Below, one piece after another: positions 47,670-48,011 of a stretch of 48,011 nt of DNA. The first letter of the stretch is position 1. Every line of letters starts with the position of its first letter. The translations under genes were made by a program, and so were the position numbers. The notes beneath the pieces are model-generated. The model was not told the origin of the DNA, searched no databases, and saw only the letters and a program-made list of their open reading frames with translations. Origin of the DNA: Octopus bimaculoides (Eukaryota); assembly GCF_001194135.2 (NCBI RefSeq), contig NC_068994.1:31555786-31603796 (forward strand), in the 5' to 3' direction.

Positions 47670-48011
47670 ACGAGCAGAGATACCCGGCGTTGCCTGTGTT
47701 ACATGCAATTGAAGGATGAGACTTTTCTCTTATATTTCCTGTAAGGAACTGGAATAGATATGATTCGAATTTCATCAAAATTGCACATGAGGGTTCTTTC
47801 CCTCTTTACACACCCTAAAAAAATTCTAATCATGAGACATGTATCCCATACTATTAATCTTTATGCACATATTCCAAAATTTCAGTCTTCTGGAACCTGT
47901 AAAAAGGATTTTGCTCCTGAAAAATGGAGCTCATGGAACTCTAAAATATGAGAATGAAGGCCCCTATTGGGGGTGGGTGTGTTAATTTCAACCAGAGAAG
48001 TTGAATTGTGG
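47670..48011 (+). mobile_element. Possible Helitron/Helentron-type element start, running off the window
   Basis: TACGAGCAGAGATACCCGGCGTTGCC resembles recalled Helentron-associated termini; no second end visible. Confidence 0.35.

Overview
This is AT-rich, repeat-dense eukaryotic DNA. The SINE, LINE and microsatellite content points to a coleoid cephalopod, most likely Octopus (inferred, not database-checked). One host gene is supported: a minus-strand FAM53-family gene with three coding exons (10161-9112, 5580-5502, 4258-2643). They are joined by canonical, phase-compatible GT-AG junctions into about 915 codons. No terminal exon was found, so it probably lies left of the window. The rest is intronic or upstream DNA holding tRNA-derived SINEs of several modular families, RTE LINE fragments, two Penelope-like elements (PLEs), a near-full-length DD37E (TRT-type) Tc1 transposon with IR/DR ends, hAT and pogo-like MITEs, a 200-bp foldback, micro/minisatellites and six assembly gaps. 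The most notable observation is a PLE at 7125-8563 flanked by a perfect 12-bp direct repeat. Its terminal repeat consists of a tRNA-like Pol III head, an (AAT)n run and a minimal hammerhead ribozyme, and a headless inverted copy sits at the other end. A second, unrelated hammerhead-bearing repeat family occurs at about 17.0 and 37.9 kb. Coordinates of SINEs and degraded repeats are approximate. Family names for SINE domains are recalled from the literature and need alignment to confirm.
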